From Alphaproteobacteria bacterium (lineage in GTDB: Bacteria; Pseudomonadota; Alphaproteobacteria; GCA-2746255): 64,000 nucleotides of DNA. The notes under the pieces were generated by a model. That model searched no databases and was not told the origin of the DNA. It saw nothing but the letters and a program-made list of their open reading frames with translations. The translations under genes were made by a program, and so were the position numbers. Positions 49,140 through 62,645 of this stretch are shown here, in pieces; positions within the stretch are counted from its first letter, which is position 1, and the number at the start of each line of letters is the position of its first letter. Location of the stretch: contig OZ252220.1 in the NCBI GenBank assembly GCA_965249135.1, positions 448,001 to 512,000 on the forward strand, in the 5' to 3' direction.

Positions 49140-50198
49140 TTAAGCGTTGATGAGGATGTCCGTGAAAAGCTCGTCTGGGTCCGGTTCGGGAGCTTCCTGG
49201 GCAAAATCGGCGGCCTCGGAGATGATCGCTTTCACTTCGCGGTCGATCTCCTTCAGATCCTCTTCCTTCACCTTGGCGTGCGCGAGAAGCTCCTTACTTA
49301 AATGGTCGATCGGGTCACGCTTCTCGCGGATTTTTGCCACTTCCTCGCGGCTTCTGTATTTTGCGGGGTCCGACATCGAATGCCCGCGATAGCGATAGGT
49401 CCGCATCTCCAGAAGTATCGGCCCCTTACCGGCACGCGCACGATCGACCGCCGCCTTCACCTCTTTCTCGACGGCCAGGACGTCCATGCCATCGATGCGT
49501 TTTCCCGGAATGCCGACGCTTTCGCCATGCTTGTACATATCGGCGATGGCGGATGCGCGCTCAACCGCGGTTCCCATCCCATAGCGGTTGTTTTCGATGA
49601 TGTAGACGATGGGTAGCTTCCAAAGCGACGCCATGTTGAAGGCCTCGTAGACCTGCCCCTGATTGGCCGCCCCTTCTCCGAAGAAGGTAAGCACGACGCC
49701 GCCGTCCTTGCGGTATTTATGGGCGAAGGCAAGCCCGGTCCCGAGTGGGGCCGTGGCACCGACGATCCCGTGCCCGCCGTAAAACCCTTTGTCGGGCGCA
49801 AAGAAATGCATGGAGCCACCTTTGCCCTTGCAAACGCCGGCGGCGCGCCCGGTGAGTTCCGCCATGACGACTTTCGGTTCCAGTCCCGATTCCAGGGCAT
49901 GGCCATGGCAGCGATAGGCGGTGATAAACGAATCCTTCGTCCGCTCGATGGCCGCCAGCGCCCCGACGACGATGGCCTCTTGCCCGATATAGAGGTGACA
50001 AAAGCCGCCGATGAGACCCATGCCGTAGAGTTGTCCGGCTTTTTCCTCGAAGCGGCGGATGAGCAGCATGCGGCGATAGAATCCGAGGAGCCTTTCCAAC
50101 TCCGCGTTCGCCCCTTTCTTCGGCACGGCGCGCCAGCGTGCCTTGCGCGCGGGAATTCGCCTTTTCGCCGCCTTTTTGGTGAGTTTTTTTGCCGCCAT
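49140..50198 (-). CDS. pdhA: Pyruvate dehydrogenase E1 alpha
   Basis: GFCHLYIGQEA, GKGGSMH, GEGAANQG, RYRGHSMSDP; start taken as ATG 50198. Confidence 0.96.
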   Translation of the reverse strand: MAAKKLTKKAAKRRIPARKARWRAVPKKGANAELERLLGFYRRMLLIRRFEEKAGQLYGMGLIGGFCHLYIGQEAIVVGALAAIERTKDSFITAYRCHGHALESGLEPKVVMAELTGRAAGVCKGKGGSMHFFAPDKGFYGGHGIVGATAPLGTGLAFAHKYRKDGGVVLTFFGEGAANQGQVYEAFNMASLWKLPIVYIIENNRYGMGTAVERASAIADMYKHGESVGIPGKRIDGMDVLAVEKEVKAAVDRARAGKGPILLEMRTYRYRGHSMSDPAKYRSREEVAKIREKRDPIDHLSKELLAHAKVKEEDLKEIDREVKAIISEAADFAQEAPEPDPDELFTDILINA

Positions 50199-50320
50199 GC
50201 CAACCAAGCCAATGGGTGCGTAGACGGCTAGACCTACGCGCAAGGAGCAGGAATTGCAAGCAAAACAACGTTATAAGACCTTTATATTATTGGGGAAAAT
50301 TAATATAAACTAAATTTAAG

Positions 50321-50683
50321 TTAATTATCTTTCCGGGAAATGCCCCTGGCCACGCGCCCGTCTTCAGCCGAAAACGGCATCAGAAGCAGAATTTCATCCT
50401 CGCCGCCCAGATTGAGCAGCCGGCGTGCCTGCTCGTCCAGCATATCGAGGTCAAGATGGTCCGGGTGCAAAAGGCGAACCCGGTTGGCGAGTCGATCGCG
50501 TTTTCCTTCGAGTGCGTGAAGCGTCGCGTTGGACTGGTTCACCTGGCCCGAGAGCTGAAGCCAGCTAAGGATCCCGTGCTCGCCTTGAATCGTGTGATAG
50601 CCAAAATAGGTAATCGCAGCGATTCCAAGAACCGGAGCGACGATTTGTTTCGCGCGGGCGCGAAGCTCGTTGAAAAGCAGCAT
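50321..50683 (-). CDS. ftsB: Septum formation initiator (FtsB/DivIC family)
   Basis: TM helix, YFGYHTIQGEHG, coiled coil, LDLDMLDEQAR; downstream of eno. Confidence 0.88.
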   Translation of the reverse strand: MLLFNELRARAKQIVAPVLGIAAITYFGYHTIQGEHGILSWLQLSGQVNQSNATLHALEGKRDRLANRVRLLHPDHLDLDMLDEQARRLLNLGGEDEILLLMPFSAEDGRVARGISRKDN

Positions 50684-50739
50684 GGCGGTGATGGAATCAC
50701 GGCGATTCCACCACGTCAACTTTTTTCGCGTGGTATTTC

Positions 50740-52023
<1,284 letters not shown>

Positions 52024-52045
52024 TCAACGTTTCTCCCAGAGCGGC

Positions 52046-52885
52046 TCAAGAGAGCGGGTGTGCCTTGGCCACCCGATCGAATTCCAAGAGCCCCTCCATG
52101 AGCGCGGGAAGCCCGGCCAGCGGTACCATGTTCGGGCCATCGGAAGGCGCCTTATCCGGGTCCGGATGGGTTTCCATGAAGACGGCGGCAACGCCTACGG
52201 CGACCGCCGCACGAGCGAGCACCGGTACGAACTCGCGCTGGCCTCCGCTGGTGTTGCCCTGACCGCCCGGCTGCTGGACGGAATGCGTCGCGTCGAAAAC
52301 GACCGGAAAGCCGCCTCGCGCCAGGATCGGCAGCGCGCGGAAGTCGGAAACCAGCGTGTTGTAGCCAAAGCTTGCCCCGCGTTCGCAGACAAGCACGTTC
52401 GAATTTCCGGCCTCGACAATCTTGCTCGTGACGTTCGCCATGTCCCAAGGCGCCAGAAACTGCCCTTTCTTGACATTGATGACCCGGCCGGTCTTAGCGG
52501 CCGCCACCAGAAGGTCCGTCTGCCGACACAGGAACGCCGGGATCTGCAGGACATCGACGGCCTGGGCGGCGCGTGCGCATTGATCGGCCGTGTGCACGTC
52601 CGTCAGCACGGCGCAACCCAACCGCTCGCGCACTTCGGCAAGGATGGGAAGCCCTTCTTCGATGCCGATCCCACGAACGCTTGTCCCGCTCGTCCGGTTC
52701 GCCTTGTCGTAGGACGACTTGTAGATGAATCCGATGCCAAGCCTATCCGTCAGATCCACGAGCGCTTCCGCCGTCTCCAATGCATGCGCCTTGCTTTCGA
52801 TCACGCAAGGACCGGCAATCAGTGCCAGCGGCAAGTCGTTCCCGACCTCGATCTTCCCGATCGCTATGTGACGTGGTTCCGTCAT
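52046..52885 (-). CDS. kdsA: KDO 8-phosphate synthase
   Basis: [32 protein letters not shown]. Confidence 0.97.
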   Translation of the reverse strand: MTEPRHIAIGKIEVGNDLPLALIAGPCVIESKAHALETAEALVDLTDRLGIGFIYKSSYDKANRTSGTSVRGIGIEEGLPILAEVRERLGCAVLTDVHTADQCARAAQAVDVLQIPAFLCRQTDLLVAAAKTGRVINVKKGQFLAPWDMANVTSKIVEAGNSNVLVCERGASFGYNTLVSDFRALPILARGGFPVVFDATHSVQQPGGQGNTSGGQREFVPVLARAAVAVGVAAVFMETHPDPDKAPSDGPNMVPLAGLPALMEGLLEFDRVAKAHPLS

Positions 52886-52897
52886 TCCAGCATCCTA

Positions 52898-54616
<1,719 letters not shown>

Positions 54617-54967
54617 TCATTCACCCAAGGGAGCGCTTGGCTCGGCCGGCGGGGCAGGCTCAACCGGCAGCTCCGGCGGCGTCGCCTCGAAGGGGGTCTG
54701 CGGCTGTTCGGCATCGAGAATCGAACGCGGGCCTGTGGACTGGTTGGCCATAATGGCCAGCGTCAAGCTTGTCGCCATAAAACAAGCGGCCAGAACCGCC
54801 GTCGTACGGGTGAGCAGATTGGCGGTTTCCTTGGTCGTAAAGAGGCCGCCGCCGCTGCCGCCCCCACCTCCGATGCCAAGCCCGCCGCCTTCGCTGCGTT
54901 GCAGGAGCACGCTGCCAACCAATGCGATTGCGAGCAAAAGGTGAATAACGAGAAGAACCGTCGTCAT
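54617..54967 (-). CDS. secG: Preprotein translocase subunit SecG
   Basis: VLLQRSEGGGLG..ANLLTRTT; two TM helices; lies between tpiA and pyrG. Confidence 0.93.
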   Translation of the reverse strand: MTTVLLVIHLLLAIALVGSVLLQRSEGGGLGIGGGGGSGGGLFTTKETANLLTRTTAVLAACFMATSLTLAIMANQSTGPRSILDAEQPQTPFEATPPELPVEPAPPAEPSAPLGE

Positions 54968-55046
54968 CGTGACCTGTTTCGCTACGCTCCTAAGGATTTG
55001 CCTGTATCTATGGCCTTCGCCTTTTACAGAATCCGCAAGCCCCGCG

Positions 55047-55805
55047 CTAGCCACAACTTTCGGCGATCGCGCAGAATGCCTCAGCATCAAAGCTGGCGCC
55101 CCCGACCAGGGCCCCGTTCACTTCCTGGATGGCCAGAATCTCGGCCGCGTTGCTTGCCGTCACGGACCCCCCATAGAGAATGGGAAAGGCGGCTTCAGGC
55201 TGGAACCGTTCGTTGAGGAATGCCCGGATCCTTTCATGCACGGAGCCGATTTCATCGACGCTCGGCGTCTTGCCGCTGCCGATGGCCCATACCGGCTCGT
55301 AAGCGATCATCGTGTCTTTCGCCGAAATCCCCTCCGGTAGCGAGCTTAAGAGTTGCGATTCGACGATCGCCGCCGTCTTGTTTGCATCGTGCTCGGCCGC
55401 ACGCTCGCCAACGCAGACGATGGTTTTAAGCCCCGCCGCCTGCGCCGCGCCTACTTTTGCGGCAATTTGCCTATCCGTCTCGCCATAGGCCGCACGGCGT
55501 TCGGAATGGCCCAGAATCACGAAACGGCAGCCCAAATCGATAAGCATCGGTGCGGAAATATCACCCGTATGCGCCCCTTCCGCCTCCCAATGGCAGTCCT
55601 GGGCGCCAAGAAGGATGCCGCTTTTCTCCAAGGCTTCACCGACCGTGCTTAAAAGAGTCGCCGGCGGACAAAGGACCAGCTCCGCATTGCGCGGCTTCGC
55701 CACCTGCCAACGTTCGACAATCGCGCGTGCAAGCGCATCCCCCGCTTCACGCAGCACATTCATTTTCCAATTACCGGCTACCAACGGGCGTGGTGCATGC
55801 GTCAT
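55047..55805 (-). CDS. tpiA: Triosephosphate isomerase
   Basis: AGNWKMN, GHSERR, AYEPVWAIG, YGGSV. Confidence 0.97.
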   Translation of the reverse strand: MTHAPRPLVAGNWKMNVLREAGDALARAIVERWQVAKPRNAELVLCPPATLLSTVGEALEKSGILLGAQDCHWEAEGAHTGDISAPMLIDLGCRFVILGHSERRAAYGETDRQIAAKVGAAQAAGLKTIVCVGERAAEHDANKTAAIVESQLLSSLPEGISAKDTMIAYEPVWAIGSGKTPSVDEIGSVHERIRAFLNERFQPEAAFPILYGGSVTASNAAEILAIQEVNGALVGGASFDAEAFCAIAESCG

Positions 55806-56000
55806 TTTCGTTCCCGAAGTCTTTTCAAGCGCGTCCGGTCGTTCGGCTTGCGTAGCATAGGGCCGGTCTGCTTTCCAGTCTCGCCGATAGGCAAAGCCGC
55901 GCCATTCTCTGGTTGCGAGGCCTCGGCGCCCTCTTTATCATACGGCGAGCAACAGCTTGAATTTCTACCTTTTTTCAACCTGCCGACCTCGCGATTTCGC

Positions 56001-57884
56001 ATGCTTGAATCGATCCGAAAGCACACGGCCTCCTGGGTCGTCAAGGGATTGCTACTTCTCCTCGTCCTCAGTTTCGCCGTCTGGGGGATTGGCGATATTT
56101 TTCGTGGCGGGCGCGAAAAGACCGTCGTCACCGTAAGCGACATCAAGATTACCAGCAGTCAGCTGAATCGTGAATTTCGGCGTGAAATGAATCGCGTTCA
56201 GCACATCTTCGAGAATGCCCTTACCTCGGAACAGGCGCGTGAAATGGGCCTTCTCGATCGCGCACTCGACCGTATGATTGCCGAGATGATGTTTGATCTG
56301 GAAGTCCACGATTTGCGCCTGTTGACGAGCGATTCGCTGGTTGCCGCAAGGATTAAGGAAAATCCTGCTTTTCGCGACCGCTTTGGGGATTTCGATCGAC
56401 AGATTTTCTATCAACTGTTGATGAACAACGGCTACTCGGAAGAACAGTTTACGGACCTGGTGCGCCGCGGCATCACGCGCAATCGGCTAACGGAAGCCGT
56501 CACCCACGGAACGATCGTGCCGGAACGGTTGGGAACGATCCTATTCAAATTCCTGAAAGAAGAACGGATCTCGGAAGTCATACGGGTGCCCGCCAGCAAA
56601 ATGAAGCGCGTCGGAAAACCGAACGCGGAAACACTAACCGCCTATCACGAGGAGCATTCCAGAAACTACATGTCGCCGGAATACCGTGGGATAACGGCGA
56701 TCGTCATTTCACCGGATGATTTCCTAAGCGAGGTCGAAGTTTCCGAAGACGAACTTCAGGAGGAATACGAAGCCAAGCTTGGCGAATTATCCGTCCCGGA
56801 ACGACGCGAAATCGAGCAGATCCTACTCTCGGACGAGGAAAGCGCCACGAAGGCGGAAGCCATGCTGGCTTCTGGCACGACCTTCGAAGGCGTCGCACAA
56901 GAAGTCGGAAAGGTCGAGAAAGGTGCCAATCTTTCCCTGGGCAGTCACGCACGCGAGGAGCTGATTGCGGAGCTTTCCGAGCCGGCTTTTGCACTCATAA
57001 AGGGCGAGATCAGCAAAGCGATTCAAAGCCCCTTCGGTTGGCATATCCTGCGCGTAAAGGAGATTGCACCCGGCTCGACCCCGAAATTAGAAGACGTGCG
57101 CGCGCAAATTACGGACGAGATCGCACGTGGGCGTGCAATCGACAGCCTTTACGCCATCTCGACGGAACTCGAAGACCGTCTTGCCGGCGGCGCCACATTG
57201 GAAGAAGCAAGTAGGGAATTGAACCTTTCCATTCTTCAATTCGAAAATGTGAGCGGCGATGGAAAAACGCCGAAAGGGAAAATGGCCGACGCGCTTCCCG
57301 ATATCGAGGATTTTCTTTCCGTCGCATTTGAAACAGAGGGCGGTAAAGAAAGCACCATGGTGGAAACGAAGGACGGGGGATTTTTCATTTTGCGGATCGA
57401 TAGCGTCACACATTCGGCGCTGCTACCGCTCGAGAAAATTCGCAACCAGGTCATCGCCGATTGGAAGGCGGGAGAACGCACTCGCAAGGCGGAGAAAATG
57501 GCCGTGAAAATTGTCGAAACTGCCAAGCAGGGAAAAAGCCTGAAAAGCCTTGCCGCCAATCGGCGTTTACGAGTGAAGGCGACGGGCGCGCTCATGCGCG
57601 ATGCGGAGGACAGTGACCTAGGCATCACCGCAGAACTGGTCGATAAAATTTTCGCAGGCAAGGTCGGCGACGTGGTCATGGCCCCTTCGGAGGACGGCTA
57701 CGCCGTCGCCAAGGTCAAGGAAATCCGCGCAGCCGATATTTCCAAGGACACCGAATCGGTAGAAAACGTGCGTACACGTGTCCTGCAATCGATGGCGAAC
57801 GATGTCCTTGATCAATACACCGCCGCGCTTGAAAAGAAATACCCGGTCGAAATCTATCATTCAGCCATCGAATCGGCGTATTAA
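56001..57884 (+). CDS. ppiD: PpiD/SurA-like peptidylprolyl isomerase chaperone
   Basis: N-terminal anchor LSFAVWGIGD, rotamase motif SPFGWHI; precedes trpE. Confidence 0.88.
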   Translation: MLESIRKHTASWVVKGLLLLLVLSFAVWGIGDIFRGGREKTVVTVSDIKITSSQLNREFRREMNRVQHIFENALTSEQAREMGLLDRALDRMIAEMMFDLEVHDLRLLTSDSLVAARIKENPAFRDRFGDFDRQIFYQLLMNNGYSEEQFTDLVRRGITRNRLTEAVTHGTIVPERLGTILFKFLKEERISEVIRVPASKMKRVGKPNAETLTAYHEEHSRNYMSPEYRGITAIVISPDDFLSEVEVSEDELQEEYEAKLGELSVPERREIEQILLSDEESATKAEAMLASGTTFEGVAQEVGKVEKGANLSLGSHAREELIAELSEPAFALIKGEISKAIQSPFGWHILRVKEIAPGSTPKLEDVRAQITDEIARGRAIDSLYAISTELEDRLAGGATLEEASRELNLSILQFENVSGDGKTPKGKMADALPDIEDFLSVAFETEGGKESTMVETKDGGFFILRIDSVTHSALLPLEKIRNQVIADWKAGERTRKAEKMAVKIVETAKQGKSLKSLAANRRLRVKATGALMRDAEDSDLGITAELVDKIFAGKVGDVVMAPSEDGYAVAKVKEIRAADISKDTESVENVRTRVLQSMANDVLDQYTAALEKKYPVEIYHSAIESAY

Positions 57885-57894
57885 TCCTTTCGCA

Positions 57895-59418
57895 ATGCTG
57901 GCTAACCCTGCGCTTTCTGAATTTACGGATACCCATGACGCCGGCCGATCGCAAGTCGTCTGGACGAAACTGATCGCCGATCTGGAAACGCCCGTCTCGG
58001 CAATGCAAAAACTTGCCCGGAGCGCGCCGAACAGTTTCCTGCTCGAATCCGTCGAAGGAGGTGCCGTACGCGGGCGCTACTCCTTCATCGGCACACGCCC
58101 GGACGTCATTTGGCGCTGTTTCGGAGATAAGGCGGAAATTAACGAAAACGCCAGCGACGATGCCGAGGCTTTCGTTCCGGCGGCCAGCGGGGCCTTTCGT
58201 TCGTTCCGGGAGCTTCTTGCAAAATCCGCGATCGAACTTCCCGACGAGCTACCGCCGATGGCGGCCGGCCTCGTCGGCTACATGGGCTACGACATGGTTC
58301 GCCTTATGGAGGCCCTGCCGGCAACCAATCCGGAAGGCCTAACCAGCATGCCGGATGGTATGTTCGTTCGGCCCACGGTGATGGCCATCTTCGACAACAT
58401 CCAGGATACGGCGATCCTAGTCACGCCGGTTCGCCCGAAGGAAGGAAAGAACGCGAAAACCGCCTATGCAGAGGCCGAAGCACGCCTCGGCCAGTGCATC
58501 GCCGATTTGAGCACCAGCCTTTCACCCGAGATTGCCATGCCCTCGGCCGGCGAGCCGCCTGCCCCGGTCTCGAACATGCCGCGCGAGGCCTATCATGGGA
58601 TGGTCGAACGGGCGAAGGCATACATCCTAGCCGGAGACATTTTTCAAGTCGTGCCATCGCAACGTTTTCAGGTTCCCTTCACGCTTCCTCCCATTGCGCT
58701 TTACCGCGCGCTTCGCCGGCTCAACCCTTCTCCATTTCTATTCCTTCTCGATTTTCAGGGCTTTGCCATTGTCGGCTCGTCGCCGGAAATCATGGTTCGG
58801 GTCCGCGACGGCGTGGTGACGATCCGGCCGATCGCCGGAACGCGACGGCGTGGCGGGGATGATGAAGAAGACAAACGCTTGGCGGAGGATCTGCTGGCGG
58901 ATCCGAAGGAGAGGGCCGAACACCTCATGTTGCTGGACCTGGGACGAAACGATGTCGGGCGCGTGGCAAAGGTCGGCACCGTGGAAGTCACGGAAGAAAT
59001 GGCTGTCGAATACTACTCGCACGTCATGCACCTGGTTTCCAACGTCAAAGGAACCCTCGATCCGAAATTCGATGCGATCGACGCACTGATCGCAGGCTTT
59101 CCCGCCGGCACCGTTTCCGGCGCACCGAAAGTCCGCGCAATGGAGATCATCGAGGAGCTTGAGCCGGACCGCCGCGGCATTTACGGCGGCTGCGTGGGCT
59201 ATTTTTCGTCAAACGGCGCAATGGATAGTTGCATCGCCCTGCGTACGGCGATCGTAAAAGATGGAGTGATGTACGTACAGGCGGGCGGCGGCGTCGTAGC
59301 CGACAGCAAACCGGAAGCGGAATACCAAGAAAGCTGCAACAAGGCGATGGCACTCTTACGCGCCGCAGAAGAGGCCGTGCGCCATGCCTCAAATGACGAA
59401 GGGGAGACGTCCACCTAG
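57895..59418 (+). CDS. trpE: Anthranilate synthase component I
   Basis: [47 protein letters not shown]. Confidence 0.97.
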   Translation: MLANPALSEFTDTHDAGRSQVVWTKLIADLETPVSAMQKLARSAPNSFLLESVEGGAVRGRYSFIGTRPDVIWRCFGDKAEINENASDDAEAFVPAASGAFRSFRELLAKSAIELPDELPPMAAGLVGYMGYDMVRLMEALPATNPEGLTSMPDGMFVRPTVMAIFDNIQDTAILVTPVRPKEGKNAKTAYAEAEARLGQCIADLSTSLSPEIAMPSAGEPPAPVSNMPREAYHGMVERAKAYILAGDIFQVVPSQRFQVPFTLPPIALYRALRRLNPSPFLFLLDFQGFAIVGSSPEIMVRVRDGVVTIRPIAGTRRRGGDDEEDKRLAEDLLADPKERAEHLMLLDLGRNDVGRVAKVGTVEVTEEMAVEYYSHVMHLVSNVKGTLDPKFDAIDALIAGFPAGTVSGAPKVRAMEIIEELEPDRRGIYGGCVGYFSSNGAMDSCIALRTAIVKDGVMYVQAGGGVVADSKPEAEYQESCNKAMALLRAAEEAVRHASNDEGETST

Positions 59419-60496
59419 TGGATGGAATCTAACGCTTGATGCCCGCGTTTGACGGCGGAGATGATTTTGTCCGGGTCAGCGGTCCAGCGAAATGGCTTGG
59501 CTTCGTTGGCGTTATGCTCGGCGACGAAGCGGTTGATGGCGGCTTGAAGGTCAACGACGGAGTGGAAGACGCCGCGTTTGAGCCGGCGCTTGGCGAGTTT
59601 TGCGAAGAAGCCTTCCACGGCGTTGAGCCAGGAACAGGAAGTCGGTGTGAAGTGAAAGGTCCAGCGCGGATGACGGTCGAGCCAGCGTCGGACCTTGGGG
59701 TGCTTGTGGACGGCATAGTTGTCGAGAATGGCATGGATGACCGTACCGGCGGGCGTTCCGGCCTCGACCGTGTTGAGGAAGCGGATGAATTCTTGATGGC
59801 GATGACGCTGCATGTTGCGGCCGATGACCGTGCCGTCGAGGACGTTCAGGGCGGCGAACAGCGTGGTCGTGCCATGCCGCTTGTAATCGTGGGTCATCGT
59901 TCCGGCGCGGCCTTTCTTTAGCGGCAGGCCGGCTGCGTGCGATCGAGGGCCTGGATCTGGCTCTTTTCGTCGACACTGAGCACGATGGCATGGGCGGGCG
60001 GGTCGACATAGAGCCCGACAACGTCGCGCAGCTTGTCGGCGAAGTTGGCGTCTTTGGAGAGCTTGAACTGACGCACCCGATGAGGCTGGGGCCCGTGGGC
60101 ACGCCAAATGCGTTGCACAGAAGAGACGGAAACGCCGAGCTTCCCGGCTATCATGGCGGCCGTCCAGTGGGTCGCCTCGGCGGGCGGATCGGTCAGGGTC
60201 AGATCGACGATGTGCAAGGCGACACCGGGTTCGAGCGGCGGAATGCGCGAAGGCCGGGTCTTGTCCCGCAGCAGGCCATCGACGCCCTCGGCCATGAACC
60301 GTTCCTGCCACCGCCAGACGCAAGGCTTCGACTTCCCGGTCCGGCGCATGATCTCGACCGTCCCCGCGCCGTCAGCCGTGGCCAAAATGATCCCGGCCCG
60401 CCAGACATGCTTCTGCGGGCTGTTCCTGTCCGCCACGACCGCTTCCAGACGAGCACGGTCGGCGACGCAAACCTCGAAGGTAATCCCTGTGCGCAT
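59415..60496 (-). pseudogene. IS630 transposase split by a 1-nt frameshift
   Basis: HTH region MRTGITFEV...; DDE residues in SVDEKS, ILDNY, NAVEGFF; frame break at [13 protein letters not shown] (~59929). Confidence 0.88.
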
Positions 60497-60555
60497 GCCC
60501 GCAGACTCGCACATACACTCCGACAAGGGAATCGTCCGTTAGAGTTTATCCACTA
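59416..60555 (-). mobile_element. IS630-family insertion sequence, copy 1
   Basis: Ends TAGTGGATGGAATCTAACG / CGTTAGAGTTTATCCACTA (19-bp IR including TA, 3 mismatches); CTAG at both junctions. Confidence 0.93.
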
Positions 60556-61185
60556 GGAGTCGAGGGGAGTGGCCAGACCATGGCGCGGGATTTGCCCTCG
60601 CTCCCCCTACACCCGGACGCTGAGAAGTACTACCAGGAAGCGGGGTACAGCCCCAAGCCGCCAGAAATTGTTGAACAGATTCGCGACTGGTTGAAGTCGT
60701 CCTGGCATATCGTAGCGATCCTCGTGATCTTGACTGGCGCGTATAGGGGCCTCCTCTTATATAGGCGCAACTCGAAGACCAACGAGATAGGTAGGCGGAT
60801 TCTTGAGGTTTCAACGGAAGCGAACGAACCGGACTCGGTGCGCAAGCTGTTGGAGATCCGCAACGAGATCCGGGAGCGTGTGTGCCGGCAGTGGTGGCGT
60901 CCGGGGGAGTTGGATAGACCCCGGTGGCGCCATCTCAACGACCTGATCAATGACGGAATCCACAGAGCGACAGAAAACTTGACCCGCGCCTTAGCGGGGG
61001 AGATCCGAGGGATCTCAAAGGACCCCAACTTGGACGATGCGACGCGGCGCGAGCGCCTCCAACCGCTCGAGGAACGCGTCTGGAGATGTTTCGGGAGAGG
61101 CGAGTTGGAGGCATCGGAACGTGGCGTGCTCGTGGAATTGATCCGGGAAAGCATCCATCAGACGGCCAACTCAAAGGAGAAGTGA
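60553..61185 (+). pseudogene. 3' fragment of a TAXI-type TRAP solute-binding protein with a C-terminal TM/cytoplasmic extension
   Basis: LPLHPDAEKYYQEAG is the TAXI C-terminal signature. The frame is open back to the IS junction (CTA GGA GTC...) and a TM helix follows. Confidence 0.65.
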
Positions 61186-61319
61186 CAGTCTTCAGCGGCG
61201 TCATCGATGGAGTTCAGCGCGCCAACGACCGAGGCAGCCTTCTCCGGGCATACCCCGATATCTCCATTCAAAATTCCGAGATCGGCATCAATGGTTGCAA
61301 GTCTGCAGCCCACACGGTG

Positions 61320-62528
61320 TCACGGAGGCGTCAGCGGCTGCCGACTATACTTGCTCTCAGGGTACTGGTAGCCGGGATCCAAAGCAACCCCCTCGCTGCG
61401 CATGATCCGAAGGAAATTTTCCGTGGCCAGCTTCTTGATGAGTTCTGGGTCCCCGAGCGCATCGAAGAGCGGGTCATAGATTCGGATCTGATCCGGGTAG
61501 TCGCCAAATCTTCCTACCGCGTCAGAGCCGAGTACAAAATTTTCGGGGTATTTCCGAATCAGCGCAACCCAGCCGTCAAGATCCTTCAGGACGTACTCGG
61601 GATAAACCACCCAAGAGAGATCAATGACCACATGTTTCCAGTGTGCGGCAAGCACACGGTCCAGATGGTCCGTTAAGTCTGGAACAAGGACCCGCCGACT
61701 GATGCCCGCGTGGCACCAAATGAAAGTCGTGTCCGGGAACTCGTTGAAGGCGTCAAGCAACTCCGGAAGGTATACCGGCTCCTTGAGTTCGTCACCGGGA
61801 GAAACGGGAGCCATATTGTGATGGATGCTCACCGGGATGCCATGTTCGCCGGCAAAGTCGAATATGCGCAAGATGGCTGGGTGATTCGCACGAGGACGCT
61901 CGCCGGTAGTGAGGTTCGTGAGGTCGTCGTGCCTAGACATCACCTCGCCGATGCATTTGAACACGCCGGGGAACTCTTTCATCCGTTTGGCAATCATATC
62001 CACTGCACCGAGGTCGGTGCTGTCGAACCCAGATACGCAGGGGTAGAGACGCTTGAATTGCTGGTGAGCGATCTCCCCACCTCCGCCCTTGAAGTCTTCA
62101 ATCGCCAATGCAACGTGGTAGTCCGTGTCGCGTGCGAGCACTACCCGCGAAGTGGAGTCGAGGTAGTAAGCTGGTCGGAAGGACTCATTCTCGGACCACT
62201 TCTTGAGAAATGGCATACCTGTCACTAGAGCGTGACTGACGTTCGCACGGTCCATCGCCCAGAGAAGTGCTTCGATACGCTTCCCTCGCTGGCCCGCTGG
62301 CAATGCTGCGCCGGGCACCTTTTGAACGATTTTTCCGTTTTCCAAGTAGTCGCCGTTCTGGAGAAAGTCCAGGAGATGAACGTGGGCATCGGCGATTACG
62401 ACGTCGTCGTATTTATCGGCCGCAGAAGGGGCGCTAACGAGAAAAAAGACTGCGAACGTCAAAGCCAAAAAGCAGATTTTGAATCTGGCTTTCCGCCAGG
62501 TTTTCTGATTGCAAAGCAGTGTTCGCAC
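61320..62528 (-). CDS. Secreted amidohydrolase-family (TIM-barrel metallo-hydrolase) protein
   Basis: Signal-like FLALTFAVFFLVSAPSAA, DAHVH, IGEVMSRHDDLT, IHHN, WCHAG, GSD. Start uncertain (GTG 62528 or TTG 62624). Confidence 0.85.
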   Translation of the reverse strand: MRTLLCNQKTWRKARFKICFLALTFAVFFLVSAPSAADKYDDVVIADAHVHLLDFLQNGDYLENGKIVQKVPGAALPAGQRGKRIEALLWAMDRANVSHALVTGMPFLKKWSENESFRPAYYLDSTSRVVLARDTDYHVALAIEDFKGGGGEIAHQQFKRLYPCVSGFDSTDLGAVDMIAKRMKEFPGVFKCIGEVMSRHDDLTNLTTGERPRANHPAILRIFDFAGEHGIPVSIHHNMAPVSPGDELKEPVYLPELLDAFNEFPDTTFIWCHAGISRRVLVPDLTDHLDRVLAAHWKHVVIDLSWVVYPEYVLKDLDGWVALIRKYPENFVLGSDAVGRFGDYPDQIRIYDPLFDALGDPELIKKLATENFLRIMRSEGVALDPGYQYPESKYSRQPLTPP

Positions 62529-62645
62529 GCTTAGTGGACGGGTGATCTCGTGGTCCTCCGTCTCTGCCTCGGCAGGTTTGGCCCTGTTCTTGTTCAAGAT
62601 ACGCCCGAGCCAAAGGGTATTCAACTAAACCCACTCGCTGCTGCT

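Noticed and set aside
50272-50330. CtrA box in the AT-rich ftsB-pdhA spacer
   Set aside because: Only imperfect TTAA-N7-TTAA matches, not distinguishable from promoter AT-richness.
61086-61676. Plus-strand ORF with AAGGAG-GTG at 61182
   Set aside because: Mostly antisense to the amidohydrolase and unrecognisable; at best a short remnant.
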